Program-made: the position numbers and the translations under genes
Shown: piece after piece, positions 42,447-55,831 of the stretch
Numbering within the stretch: the stretch's first letter is position 1
Layout: each line of letters begins with the position of its first letter
The notes under the pieces: generated by a model
The model's database searches: none
Told to the model about the DNA's origin: nothing
What the model saw: the letters and a program-made list of their open reading frames with translations, nothing else
Assembly: GCF_009914755.1 (NCBI RefSeq)
Contig: NC_060928.1
DNA from: the human T2T-CHM13v2.0 reference genome, Homo sapiens
Direction: 5' to 3' (one strand)
DNA: 64,000 nucleotides

Positions 42447-43084
42447 TGTTACAGACCATTAAAATATCTGTGCTCAAATTAAACCTTTCACTTCTAATCT
42501 GATCTAGATCCTGGTCTAGATAATTATTAATGAAAAAAATACATTTTGCACTTATTAAAATTTTTTTTTTACATTTCCTAATTACCAATGAATAAAAAAT
42601 GTTTTAATTCAGAAGTAAAATACATGAAGTTTGTTTCTTTACTATCACTTTTGGAGAATCTGTGTTGTGAGATAAAAGTATGCTTCTGAAATTTCTTTAA
42701 GTCTGCCAAAATAAGAATAATTTTGCCCTACAGGTTAATCTCCTTAAAAGTACAGTTATTAAATTAAGATATATATAATTTCAGTGTATTTATTTTCTCT
42801 TTTGTAAAAATTTCTACCTTATATTTGTGTAATTTGTATAAAATATAATTTCTAAATGTTGAGATATTTTCTAATTTTCCTTGTACATCGAACCTGGCAT
42901 GGTTCCATATATGTGGGGATAGAATAAACTACTTTTTAATATTATACTAAATATAAAGAACTGTGGAATGATAAACATTGATTAAAAGCTACCTATGGTT
43001 CCAAAATTAGAAAATAGTGCTATATGAATTGTCTACTATTTACTTTTTGATAATATTTGAATCTTATATGAAAATAATTTTAAA

Positions 43085-43290
43085 ATTAATAATAAACATT
43101 TACATAGCACTTGTAACATGCTAAGCATTGCTCCTAATAAAAGAGATATTATTATCCCCATTTGGTAGATATATAAACTGAGGCACAGAAAATTTAAGTA
43201 AACTGTGTTCAAATGCTGGCAAAATGTCAGAATCTGGATTTGAACATCAAGTTTGTTACCAATATCAGGTCTTTTAACTAATACTCCACA
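43085..43290 (-). mobile_element. MIR
   Basis: attatccccatttggtagat...aaactgaggcacagaaaatttaagtaa...ggatttgaac. Confidence 0.8.
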
Positions 43291-46212
43291 CAGAAAAGCA
43301 ACATATGCAAAAAACAAAAAATCGCAGAAGGGGTAAGAATGTAACACTCTACTTACTGTCATGCTTGAAAGTTAATGATTTTATAGAAAATGCTATTTTT
43401 CATAAAATAATCTCTCATGGAAAAGACCAATGTTAATTGTTAATTCAATTTGCAAACATTATTCATGAATTAATTATTGATTGGGTCACATTTAATTCCA
43501 AGGAACAGCAATGATTGTCACCAGAAATCATGTCCCTGGCAAAATACAGTGGGTAGCTCCTCTTTCAAAGAAGGCATCTGAATACTATAATGTCTCCATT
43601 TCTCAATTAAGCTTTTGTTATGCAATTCCATTCAAGCTCTAAATATTTCCAGACTAAGATATTTCATTCTAAACTCCGTGCTTTTATTTTTTTCCCATTT
43701 AACCTGCACTACGTCCTTCCTCTTTCAGTTTGGCACCTGTGGGTGAATGACTTTAGGAAAAGCTTAGTGGTATGCCCTTTTGAGGTGAGATTGTTTTTAG
43801 CATGTGAAGGACAGAGAAACTGAACAGGAAAGAATACATGAGAAATACACATAAGTGAAGTAGCCTAAGAAATGCAGAATCAATCATTATTACACTGGGC
43901 CTATGTGATTAAATGTCTTCAAAACAATGAGGCTCATCCATCAGCATCCTCACGCACTGGGAAATCAGATCATTCTGGGAGAGAACAGAGACAGTCAGTC
44001 CGACAAGGCCATCTCCTCATGGTTACACATCACAGCCAAGTGCACATGTAAGGAATGCACCTCCTTGATTTGCAATTGTTTTTTCTAAAATGTGAAATCT
44101 CCGTATAGAAATGTGACAAGATAGGGGTAAGGCACGTCTTTCTGATATCTGAAAGGGTATCACGTTGTGTAACTCAGCTCCAGAAGAAACTTTGATATCC
44201 CTGAGTGCATTAATAAGTATTCATATAATTATGATGGCACTCTTGAAATATGTTATAGGTGCATTTCAATGATCCTACAAATGAAGTAAATATATCCATT
44301 AAATAAAAATGACATATTTATGTGAAAGAAATTAAACTTCTAAAATTTATAGATTTATAAATATTGCTTATTCTCTAAAGTGTACTATCACCACAGTATT
44401 ACAACACAAACTATTCTATTGTTTTTGTTATACTGGTTTCAACACAAAGAGTCAATAATGCCTGCTTAAAAGATATAATTAAAATACATCTTTCTTTTTT
44501 ACTGTCCTTCTTCAATAACTATTTCTGTGATACTGACTGGAGTGCTGCTCATTTCCCAGTGGTTGTGTACTCTATGCATGTTCAGTGTTTTAAAGAAGAA
44601 ATGGGAAGTGGTGTATCCTCTACAACATTAACTTTGCAAATGTCAGGCACATTTAATAGGTCTGAGTATGAAAAGTAAATAAAAACTGAGGCAGTTATCC
44701 AGATATACTTCAGCCAAAAGAATGACTTTCCTTACAATCTACAGCTATTTAAGACAAAATAGTATTGTTTGTATGTGAACTCCAAATAATCCCATAATTT
44801 TTCCCCCTGCATGAGTAGATATAGCCTTTAAAGCTATCTGCTTTATAACTTCATAGTCAGAGCTTCTTTGGTCTGAAATCATTTCTTGAGGGAGTTTTGA
44901 AAAGATTTACAAAACCATGTCTATGTTCAAAATTGCAAGCTGAAATTGCTTTGCCTGTGCAGATATGCTGACCCAAATCTCTTTCTGCAAAACATCCTTT
45001 TAAAATATGAAATCATTTGATTTATCAACTCGTATACATACTAATTTTCCTTCTATTACTTTAAGCAGGTTTACATGTTTCAAAGCAGGAGAAAAAAAAG
45101 CATCAAGGAAAAGCCAATAAGACATTGTTATTTCAATATTCTAACAAACCATATTGAGCTTTTACATTAAAAAGCCTCATTTAGTAAACAAGGTATTTAT
45201 GAAAACTAAAGACTACCTTTGAATAGAATATTTTAATAAGTTAATAAATTGCATACATGGATACAGAATAAATACTGTGAAATGTTTTCACTAAGGTGCT
45301 GTGAAACAACAACAGTGCAAACTTCTAAACAAAGCAATCAGTTCACAGCATGGATGCACAAATAGAAGCAGATTATAGGTATTCCCCTAACACAGGCCCC
45401 AACACATAGTTTAGTACTCTTTTTGTCAAAGACAATCAATTTTATTAGCATAGCTTTCTCTAACATGGTACCAGATATTTCAATGCTAATATTCAGAAAA
45501 TAAAAAGTCAGCATTTTGGAGGTGAGGGTAAGTAAAGAAGTAAGGAATATCAGAACACAGCACATGAATAGCAATCACATTTTAAGAATTTATTTAGAGG
45601 GTGAGACTGAACATAAGTACAATTGTGGCTGGATAGAGATGGAAAGAAATACAAGTCTAATTGTGATGGTTTTAGTCTATGTTAGGCCAAATTAGTGGTA
45701 ATATTGTTTTAGGGAAAAAATCCTGCAAGTGAAGGTAAACTAACAAGTTTAGAGTCTATTACATTTCATTGAGACCATAAAGTTTCTCTCTATCATCAGA
45801 TGTTTTCCAAAGGAAAATAATATGTACAAAAGTATCTATCTCATCAACTATTTGATAATTTTAAAATTCTGTCAGTTATTATTAGTAGTATTCTCATTAT
45901 CACTATTACTATGCCTTCTACCCATACTGTGCTGAGAAACAAGATGCACAGTCATACTCAGTACAGTGGTTATGCTTTCTATTTTTTAAAAAATGAGTTG
46001 AAAAAGTCAATTCTCTTTCTCTTTTGCCCTTGATTTTAAACAGTATTTGCCAAGGTAAATATGCTCATTGATTTTGGATTTGGCTACTCAAATAATGTGC
46101 CCAAGTTTTTCCCATAATCAATCTGGAGAATCTATCTCTACCACTTATGAATCATTCAAAATTTATTTCCTATTTATATGTAGCTGCCTGAGAACACAAA
46201 GCTCCTTCTTAC

Positions 46213-46300
46213 CTGTGTGGTAAAACTTCCCTGAAAATCCAAGGTTGAAGGTAAAATTTGCAACCTGAGTGCGCAGTAAATTTTGAGTCTCTAGTAATGC
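46213..46300 (-). CDS. NDST4: NDST4 coding exon (88 nt, probably exon 3): [29 protein letters not shown]+G(phase 1)
   Basis: Minus strand reads cttatttatttcAG|GCATTACTAGAG...TACCACACAG|GTaag. Peptide contains the NDST motif [15 protein letters not shown]. Not present in the ORF track; found by reading. Confidence 0.96.
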
Positions 46301-47869
46301 CTGAAATAAATAAGAAATTAACATGATTTTAGAAAAATAAATATGAAGTTTTGGGATGCCTCTTTTGCAAATGTGTATGCATGAGTAAAACTAAATGATA
46401 TGAGCTTTCTTGTTTTTGATGGGTACTGTTATGTAGTATTCGTATTTCAGGTATTATAATTATTATAGTCATTATTTTTATTGAAGGTCACCATATTATG
46501 AAACAGTTAAGTCCTAAGCACATTTTGCATTGCTGAGAGGCAATTGTCCAACTCCACAGCACTGAAATCATTTTTCATTTCTGTGTGAGACATTTCTTGA
46601 ACTTTGGATTATTATACTTCCTTTATGTGGTGAAAATTTTTCAGAATTGTTGAATGCAGACAAGTCCTGTTTTCATGGTAAGCAATAGGAGGAGAACTTT
46701 TGTTTGAACTGCAATTTAATATTTTATTTAACTGGGCCACCTCCCTCATCATTTTTAAAGGCATAATTATTAAATTGAAAGCTTGGGTTTTTACCTTACA
46801 AACTACAGAGCAATGTGTATTTTATAGGACATTGCTTGCAAACCTAGTTATGAAAAAGGGAAGAACATGTAAAAATAGATACCCCTTTTTGTTACTAATT
46901 CCATAACAGAAATTTTCTAAATGTGACAAACATTTCCCTAGTTTCTAGATTTGGAATTATACTATGTGAAAGTCTGGTTTGTGGACAGGATAATAACACA
47001 TTGCTAATAATGACACAGAATTAGTTATGTAAATTTGTTGCCAATCCTTTCACCGCCATTATTCCTATGTCAAAATTTGTAGCATAATTCAGAACCCTTA
47101 TATCCTTGGGCTTTTTAGTTTGCTTACTGGTATGCATATTGATTCAGAATGCTTTTTCTATTTTTAATGGATTTTTAAAGAGGACATACTTTGTTCTGAT
47201 TAAAATGAGAAGCTAATTTCAAACAAGAGATATTAATAATAAGACTGATTTTTGATTACTCCTATCCATCTGTTATGGAGACTAAGGAGTCAGAGGTTAA
47301 ACAATTTTTTCCATTAGTCATGGTGGCTAAGCATTTGTTTCAAAGACTTGTGAACCTAACTGTTTATTCCTTTACAATGAAAGGAGTCTCCTGTACATTA
47401 GTTTAATTAAAAAAATGACTAAGTAACTAAAATGTTGATAAAATATATAGTCAATGGTTATCCAAGACCACAATTAGACTGGGTGTTATCATGTTCAACA
47501 TTATTAAATATTATCAACTAAGTAGACAAAGGCAGAAATAGAACCACTAGCTTAACTGAGTTCTACAAAATATTAAAAATACATTTCTCATAGAGATTAA
47601 ACTAAATATTAAAAACAGTTGAGATAAAAAGTGCATTGAACTAGTTGAACATATTGGTAAATGCTCTGGAATACAGCCTTAAAATAAGAATATTATGCAT
47701 TATTTCCCTTAGTGAGTTCCCTTTTCTGGCTTTTTTTTTGGCTGTATTCCATGCACAATTTCTTAGTCTCCTTATCTTGATTTTTAAAAAAATTTCTCCC
47801 GTCTGCTATTCCCCTCACCACTCCAATTTCATCCACTTATCTTTCTTCCTCTAAGTTCTTGAAGTCATT

Positions 47870-48020
47870 CATTATTCTGCATTTATTTATCTGTGAAATG
47901 GGGTACTTCTGAAAATTTATTTTATACTCTTATTAGGAGAATTACATTGGGTAAGGCATGCAAATTGTTTAGCTAAGTGTCTGGCAAGTAGCATGAGCTC
48001 AATAAATACTATTACTGATA
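47870..48020 (+). mobile_element. MIR fragment
   Basis: atctgtgaaatggggtac...gtgtctggcaagtagcatgagctcaataaatactatta. Confidence 0.65.
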
Positions 48021-49360
48021 ACTGAGTCTATCATTCTCTCTCCATCAGTTAGGTATCCTTGGTGCCTCCAACACCCATTGCTATTTCCTGCAAATCACCA
48101 TGTACTCTGGTTAAACTTAACTATCTCCCACCTCCTACATTTCCCAGTGCTATTTCTCTCTTTATTCTCTTTGCCTAGAAAGCCTCCCCAGCTCCCAATG
48201 CCATTTCCCAAATCCTACCAATTCTTTATATCTCCGCCCAAATGTCAACTTTTTGTATAAAGCCTCCTCTGGTACACCAAAGTAGATTCCTAAATTATTT
48301 TCTTAAAACTTGCATTATTTTTGACTTTATTGCATCCATGCTCTATCTCATGTTTTCCTTTAGTCTATGCACCTGAAGCTCCATCAAACCTTATTCATTT
48401 TCATGTATCTCATGTTACTGGTTTTTTTTTGCATTTAGTAACATGAGATACATGAAAATGAGTAAGGTTTGATGTATCCAAAGTATGATAAAAGTACATA
48501 CTAATACACAGCAATAATTGGATTAGTTTCATTTATTTTTAATTTTTAATTTTTGTCAGTAACATTTTTCCAATGGTAATATGATAAACATAGTTCATGG
48601 GCCATACCACAAGATGATATCAGAACAATATAGATAGGATCTAGCATTTCACCAGGATGTTTTATAACACAGATGTTTTATAGCCTTGTGTCATAGATCT
48701 CTAAAGCAAGTTCAGAGAGGCAAAGGCAGATGGGGGGCTAGTTAGCTATGTGAAGAACTTAACAGACCTTTTCATTGTTGAAAAAAAGAGCTATCTAGTC
48801 ATGGCCTACTAACATGTAGTCTGGATTAATGAGGGAGTAAAAATGACAAATTCTATAAGTAAAAACAAAACGAATGAAAAAAAAGCAAATCTTAAAAAGT
48901 TTTCAAGGCTTCCTTGTTTAGTACAAGTAAATGTTCTTTAGTTTTCAAACTTCAGAAAAGTTTTCATGCCATTCAGTTACAAAGGAAGGGAGAAAAAAAT
49001 AACAATGAATATACACAAAATGATTCAAACTAAAAAAAATCAGAAATAAATTTAAAAGAGAAAAGTGCTAAACCATACAAATTCAGAAGAAAAGTAGAAA
49101 GATGAAAGAATTCCAATATAGGAATAATGTAAAATGTCAGAAGAAATATTAGGGCAAAAATAATATGGATATAAATTTAAGAATAAATTAAGTACAAATT
49201 TAACTTATTCTTTTAAAACCCTTCAATTTTTAAAACCCCTTATTTTGGAAAAGCTTGTTAATGAGCTAGAAATAAAGTGTCTCAATTTGGGATACAAATA
49301 AAATAGTAAAGCTCAGGAAATACACTTTTTTCTACCTGAATATTTCGTGCGGAAACTTTA

Positions 49361-49701
<341 letters not shown>

Positions 49702-49956
49702 TAATAAAATGCGTTTAGAGCTTTGACAATATACATTATTTATTTAATAGTCTGCATGACATAACAAACAATATAAATGGTTTTGAAATTTTTTCTTTTA
49801 CTGCTTATGAAGAACTCACTAAGTTGATTGTATATTAAAGAGAATAAATATGTAACTTATTTATAAAAATCAATAATTTATTATTTTAATAAACATAACT
49901 TCCATTAATTCAATAGTCTCCTAATAAATTTCTTAGTATTTCAGAAAGGAAGTCTA

Positions 49957-50242
49957 GGCTGGGTGTGGTGGCTCACGCCTATATTACTAGCACTTTGGGA
50001 AGCTGAGCTGGGAGGATTGCTTGAGCTTAAGAGTCAAAGCCAGCCTGGGCAACATGGTGCAACCCCTTCTCTACAAAAAAATACAAAAATTAGCCTGGCA
50101 TGGTGGGGTGTGTAATATACCTGTAGTCTCAACTACTTCCAGGGTGGGAGCGAGAGGATCACTTTAGCCCAGGAGTTTGAGAGTACAATGAGCCATGTTC
50201 ATGCCAATCTGACAAAGCGAAAGAAAGAGAAGAAGAAAGGAT
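49957..50242 (+). mobile_element. AluJ
   Basis: ggaggattgcttgagc, cctgggcaacatgg and gaggatcactttagcccaggagtttgag; highly diverged. Confidence 0.85.
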
Positions 50243-50290
50243 GGAAGGAAGGAAGGAAGGAAGGAAGGAAGGAAGGAAGGAAGGAAGGAA
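50243..50290. repeat. (GGAA)12 microsatellite
   Basis: 48 bp of perfect GGAA units grown from the AluJ tail. Confidence 0.95.
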
Positions 50291-50354
50291 GAAAGCAGGA
50301 AAAAGAATGAGAGTCCAACTTTGCCCCTATATAGCTACATACTGTTTGATAAAG

Positions 50355-50700
50355 CAGTAATGGTATTCAAACTTTATTATGTGTACAATTTTCTAGAGAA
50401 AATTGCTAAAATTGTCAATTCTGGGGCCCACTTCAGGAAATACTGATTTTTGTCTGTCATAATGCCTACAAATGTGCACTTCATCATATACTCCAGCTGG
50501 TTCTAATAAACGTCGAGCAATTATTTTCAAGTTGCCCACATGAAATGAATCACCAGCATGCTTGTAAAGTATCTACTCCCAGGCTTATCCTCTGGGGATT
50601 CTGAATTGGAGACTATAAAATGAAAACAAAAATCTGTTTTTAACAATGATTTTTATAGCTTCAACCTGGAGATCATCACCATTAGAACATTAGTGTCCTA
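50355..50700. mobile_element. MER5-family hAT fragments
   Basis: attctggggcccac...actgatt; gaatcaccagcatgcttgtaaa...cccaggc...gattctga. Confidence 0.5.
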
Positions 50701-50852
50701 ATAATACTGAGTTAGTATACTATTTATATTAATTTCAAGGTGTTATGCATATTTCTTAAATCATTTGGATATTAGGTTGTTACTCTCAGGCTAACCCTTT
50801 CCCTAAATGTACCTAATAAGTCATGTGCATATTCACATTTTGATATAGTCTT

Positions 50853-53485
50853 TGATATGGTTTGGCTCTGTGTCCCAACCCAAATCTCACATCAAATTGT
50901 AATCCCCACATGTTGAAGGTGGGGCTTGGTGGGAGGTGATTGGATTCTGAGGGTGGTTTCTAAAGGTTTAGCACCATCTCCCTAGTGCTGTCTCATGACA
51001 GAGTTCTCACGAGATCTGGTTGTTTCAAAGTGTGTGGCACTTCCCCCCAAACACACTCTCTCTCTTCCTGTGAGTCAATTAAACTTACTTTCTTTATAAA
51101 TGATCCAGTCTCAGGTATGTGTTTACAGCAGTGTAAGAATGAACTAATACAGAAAATTGGTATTGGGAGTGGGGCACTGCTATAATGACACCTGAAAATG
51201 TGGAAGCAACTTTGGAACTGGGTAATGGGCAGAAGTTGGAACAGTTTGAAGGGTTCAGAAGAAGACAGGAAGATGTGAGAAAGGTTGGAACTTCCTAGAG
51301 ACTTGTTGAATGGTTGTGACCAAAATGCTGATAGTGATATGGACAATGAAGCCCAGGCTGAGGTGGTCTCAGATGGAGATGGGGAACTTATTGGAAACTA
51401 GAGCAAAGGTCATTCTTGCTATATTTTAGCAAAGAGACTAGAGGAATTTTGTCCCTGCTCTAAAAATCTTTGAAACTTTGAACTTGAGAGAGATGATCAA
51501 GGGCGTCTGGAGGAACAAATTTCTAAGAAGCAAAGTGTTGAAGATATGGCCTGGCCCTTCCTAAAAGCCTAACTCATTTGCATAAAGAAAGAGATGGTCT
51601 GAAATGGGAACTTATATTTAAAAGTGAAGCAGAACATAAAAGTTGGAAAAAATTGCAGCCTGACCATATGGTAGAAAAGAAAAATCCATTTTCTGGGGAG
51701 GAATTCAAGCCCAAGCCAGCTGCAGACACTTGCATAAGTCAAGAGGAGCCAAATGTTAATCACCAAGACAATGGGGAAAGTGTCTCCAGAGCATTTCAGA
51801 GACCTTCACAGCAGCCCCTCCCATCACAGGCCCAGAGGCCTGAGAGAGAAAAATGGTTTCTTGGGCCAAATTCATGGCCCAGCTTCTCTGTGCAGCCTAG
51901 GGATATGGTGCCCTGCATCCCAGCCACTCCAGCTCCAGCCATGGCTAAAACGGGTCAAGGTACAGCTCACGTTGTGGCTTCAGAGGGTGCAAGCTCCAAG
52001 CCTTGGTGGCTTCCATGTGGTGTTGGGCCTGCAGGTGGGAAGGAGGTAAGAGTTGAGATTTGGGAACCTTCACCTGGATTTCAGAGGATGTATTGAAATT
52101 CCTGGATATTCAGGCAAAATCTGCTGCAGGAGCAGAGCCCTCATGGAGAATTTCTACCAGGGCAGTGCAGAGGGGAAATGTGGGGTTGGAACACCCTTTC
52201 CAAATCCCCACTGGGGCACTGCCTAGTGGAGCTGTGAGAAGAGGGAGACCATCCGCCAGACCACAGAATGGTAAATTCACTGACCAGCTTCCACTGTGTG
52301 CCTGGAAAGTGCAAACTCTCAATGCCAGCCTGTGAAAGCAGCCATGGGGGCTGTACCCTTCAAAACCACAGGGCAGAGTTGCCCAGGGCCTTGGGAGTCC
52401 ACCCCTTGAATCAGCGTGTCCTGGATGTGAGACCTGAACTCAAAGAAGATTATTTTGGAGTTTTTAGATTTAATGACTGCCCTGCTGGGTTTCAGACTTG
52501 CACAGGGCCTGTAGCCCCTTTTTTTTGGCCAAATTCTTCTATTTGGAATGGGAGCATTTACCAAATGCCTTTACCTGCATTGTATCTTGGAAGTAACTAG
52601 CTTGTTTTTGATTTTACAGCCTCATAGGCAGAAGGAACTTACTTTGTCTCAGATGAGAATTTAGACTTAGACTTTTGGGTTAATGCTGGAATGAGTTAAG
52701 ACTGAGGGAGACTGTTGGAAAGGCATGACTGTATTTTGAAATGTGAGAAGGATATGAGATTTGGGAGGGGCCAGGGGCAGAATGATATGGTTGGGCTCTG
52801 TGTCCCCACCCAAATCTCATGTCAAATTGTAATCCCCACATGTGGAATGTGGGGCATGGTTGAAGGAGATTGGATCATGAGGGTGGTTTCTAATGGTTTC
52901 GCACTATCCCCCAAGTGCAGTCTTGTGACAGAGTTCTCACAAGATCTGGTTGTTTAAAAGTGTGTGGCACTTTCCCCTTGCACTCTTTATTTCTTCCTCC
53001 TCCTGCCAAGTAAGATGTGCCTTGCTTCCCCTTTGCTTTCCACCATGATTTTAAGTTTCATGAGGTCTTCCCAGCCATGTAGAACTGTGAGTGAATTAAA
53101 CTTCTTTCTTTCTACATTATTGAGTCTTGGATATGTCTTTATAGCAGTGTGAACAAACTAATACTATTTATTTATTTATTTATTTATTTATTTATTGAGA
53201 TGGAGTCTCACTCTGGCTGATGGAGTCACCCAGGCTGGAGTACAGTGGCATGACCTCAGGTCACTGCAACCTCCACCTCCCAAGTTCAACTGATTCTCCT
53301 GCCTCAGCCTCCTGAGTAGATGGGACTACAGGCACCCACCACCATGCCAGGATAATTTTTGTATTTTTAGTAGAGATGGGCTTTCACCATATTGGCCAGG
53401 CTGATCTCGAACTCCTGACCTTGTGATCCACCCATCCCAAAGTGCTGGGATTACAGGCATGAGCAACGGCGCCAGGCCTAATACA
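50853..53485 (+). mobile_element. Complete THE1D/MSTA-type MaLR provirus: 5' LTR 50853-51151 (internal deletion), internal 51152-52782, 3' LTR from 52783 with an Alu at its terminus
   Basis: Two LTRs starting TGATATGG; MaLR internal region; perfect 5-bp TSD GTCTT at 50848-50852 and 53486-53490. Confidence 0.93.
53165..53478 (-). mobile_element. AluS (Sc/Sg-like) with (TTTA)n tail
   Basis: Reverse-complement Alu dimer ending gccaggcc; TTTA repeat at 53165-53196. Confidence 0.9.
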
Positions 53486-54369
53486 GTCTTATATTTTCAA
53501 AATTTCAAAACAGCTACCTCAGAGTGATAGTGTTTGTTTTATATGGTCTTTTATCATACTTAATAGCTCAATAAAAAGGTGTCTTATTTATCCTAAGTAG
53601 ATTATGATATGGGAATCAGAAGAGATAACTTATATTTATATTTTCCAGGTAAAAAATATTGCTTTATGGAAAGATTAAATAGTCCACCCAGATAACACAA
53701 GAAGAAGACCAAAATTGACCATGCCTGCCTTAAAACTCAGTCTAACCTTAGTAACCTTATATTCCAATATAGCAAGTTTGTGTGCCTACCTCAGTAAAAT
53801 GGAGTTGGGATTCCATAAACTTTTGCTTCGATACTATTTGTAAATTTACAATTGAAGATGAATAGGGCTGACCCAGGATGAAAATATGAAGCTTTTAAAA
53901 TTTGCATTTTATAGCTCTACCTTTCTTCTTACTCATCTTGATCTCATTTCTTTCTGATAAACTGTTACTGCTACTCAAGGAGGAATTTGCTATAATGTAT
54001 ACATTAACAAAAAACTTATACCAAGTTTTCTACGTAATATCATGTTAAATGGTTTAGCTCAGATTGTGAAATGGATAAGTTAATTAATTAAAAATGAGTG
54101 AATGCTTCTGATGACAATACTGAACAAGTACAAGGGTATTTATGGGGAGAAAGTTTGAACTGTAGGGATCCTACTTCTGAAATCACACTCAATCTGAAAA
54201 AAAACCTAGTGAGCCAAAGAACACCTTGACATTTCAGAGCAATTTTTCCTTTCCTCTTTTCACCCACCAGTTAAGTATTTCGTTGCCATTTTTCTTTTTT
54301 GGTCTGTCTCCAGGAAGACAGGAATCTAAAAGCTCACTCTCTTTGGGCACTCTTCCCTCCTTTTGCCAC

Positions 54370-54720
54370 TCTTCATTCATTCATTCAAACAATATTAATT
54401 GGACTGTATGTTTTAGGTACTCAGGATAGAGTGGAGAATGGCAAAAATAATATCTAATATTATCAAGCTTTTACTATGTGTTAGGTGATGAGCAACACTC
54501 TAATTATTTATTTAAATCTTCCAGTGACCTTTTTATTAATCCTGTCTTACAAGTGGAGAAAATAATGCACGGAGAGGCTACATAAATTATGCTAGGTATG
54601 GAGTTAGAAAGTACCTGATAAACAAAACTGGTAAGTTTTCTGGTTTTTGATGGAACCTACATTCTTTTTAGACACACAGAGGATACACATAACAAATCAA
54701 TCAAATAATTTTTTAATTAC
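54370..54720 (-). mobile_element. L2 3' end with nested MIR
   Basis: cattcattcattcaaacaatattaattgg...; ttacaagtggagaaaataatgcacggagagg; atggaacctacattct. Confidence 0.55.
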
Positions 54721-55800
54721 AAATTGTTACTAGTGTTGCAAAGTTAATTTTAGTACCATGCTATTATTGAAAGAAACACAAAGTATCAGTATCTACGTTT
54801 CAACAAGGTAGACAATGAGATCAATAAAGTCCACCCTGGAAAAGTGGCAGGCCATTTTGTTGAGGCATGGAAAATAACAGACCAGTTATGCCTAAAATGG
54901 GACCTGGGGAGTCTGCTCCAAACAATGGGGCCAGTGAGAACAGATCTTAGGGTCAGGAAAGAACTTAGCGTCGTTAATTTCAAAACTTTGTTACACAGGA
55001 TTGGAGGGTAAGTTTCAGGAACTAACTGCACACAAAATGTATATATACCGGTAAGGATAATGGTTTCATTGCATTAGGAGTATTTTTTGAATACTGGAAG
55101 TTTAAACGTTGATACTGATTAAACATACTGGCAAAGAGAAGAAAAAAATTAAAAATTGGTTTGACCTTATAAAATAATATTAAATCATGTCACATATGTG
55201 AAGAGTTTGCATTTTCTGCCTGATTATCAAAGAACACAATGAAGGTTATATAAATCATTAAACTGCAGTGTGTTCATTGTGTTGTAAATTTTATTTCATT
55301 GCATCAGCCAAACACTCCACGTGTCTTTGACTCCTTTCCTAGTAGATGTGAGTGGATGTGTCTCGTGCCCTAAACGTTGTTACTGGAGGGTGTCCTGGTC
55401 ATCTCCTTTCCACAGAACTATAAGCCACTGATTTTAGTCCACTCTGAAAGTGTGTAAGACGAGCTTCTGCTTCTGTTTTCTGATTGGCATTCTGGTTCTC
55501 TCCCTGAGATCAGAAAATTTCCTTAAGAATGCTGAAATACTGTTCAGTTCTTATAAGTCCTAATCTCTCTTTCAATTGTATCTTATTTCAGTTCATAAAG
55601 ATCATCTCAAACTATGTCTGCGTCCTGCACTCTCTTCCTCTGGTTTCTGTTTCCCATGCTCTACTGAATTGATTGAAATTTTGAATCAAGTTAGTATATT
55701 TGAATAAAATGTGATCTCATTATGACCCTTCAAATGGTATCAGTTAGGGCACTGGCATTTTTGTTTATAATTTAGTTCCTCTAAGCCTGGTATCCAATTA

Positions 55801-55803
<3 letters not shown>

Positions 55804-55829
<26 letters not shown>
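55804..55829. repeat. (AT)13 microsatellite
   Basis: Perfect AT dinucleotide run. Confidence 0.95.

Positions 55830-55831
<2 letters not shown>

Noticed and set aside
42502-42521. ATCTAGAT-CCTG-GTCTAGAT as a hAT excision footprint or hairpin
   Set aside because: Too short to distinguish from chance in AT-rich DNA without an outgroup alignment.
51578-52096. 172-aa ORF (and the homologous 134-aa ORF at 27685-28089) as a novel gene
   Set aside because: Both are broken remnants of the MaLR internal ORF inside LTR-bounded elements, with stops and frameshifts on either side.
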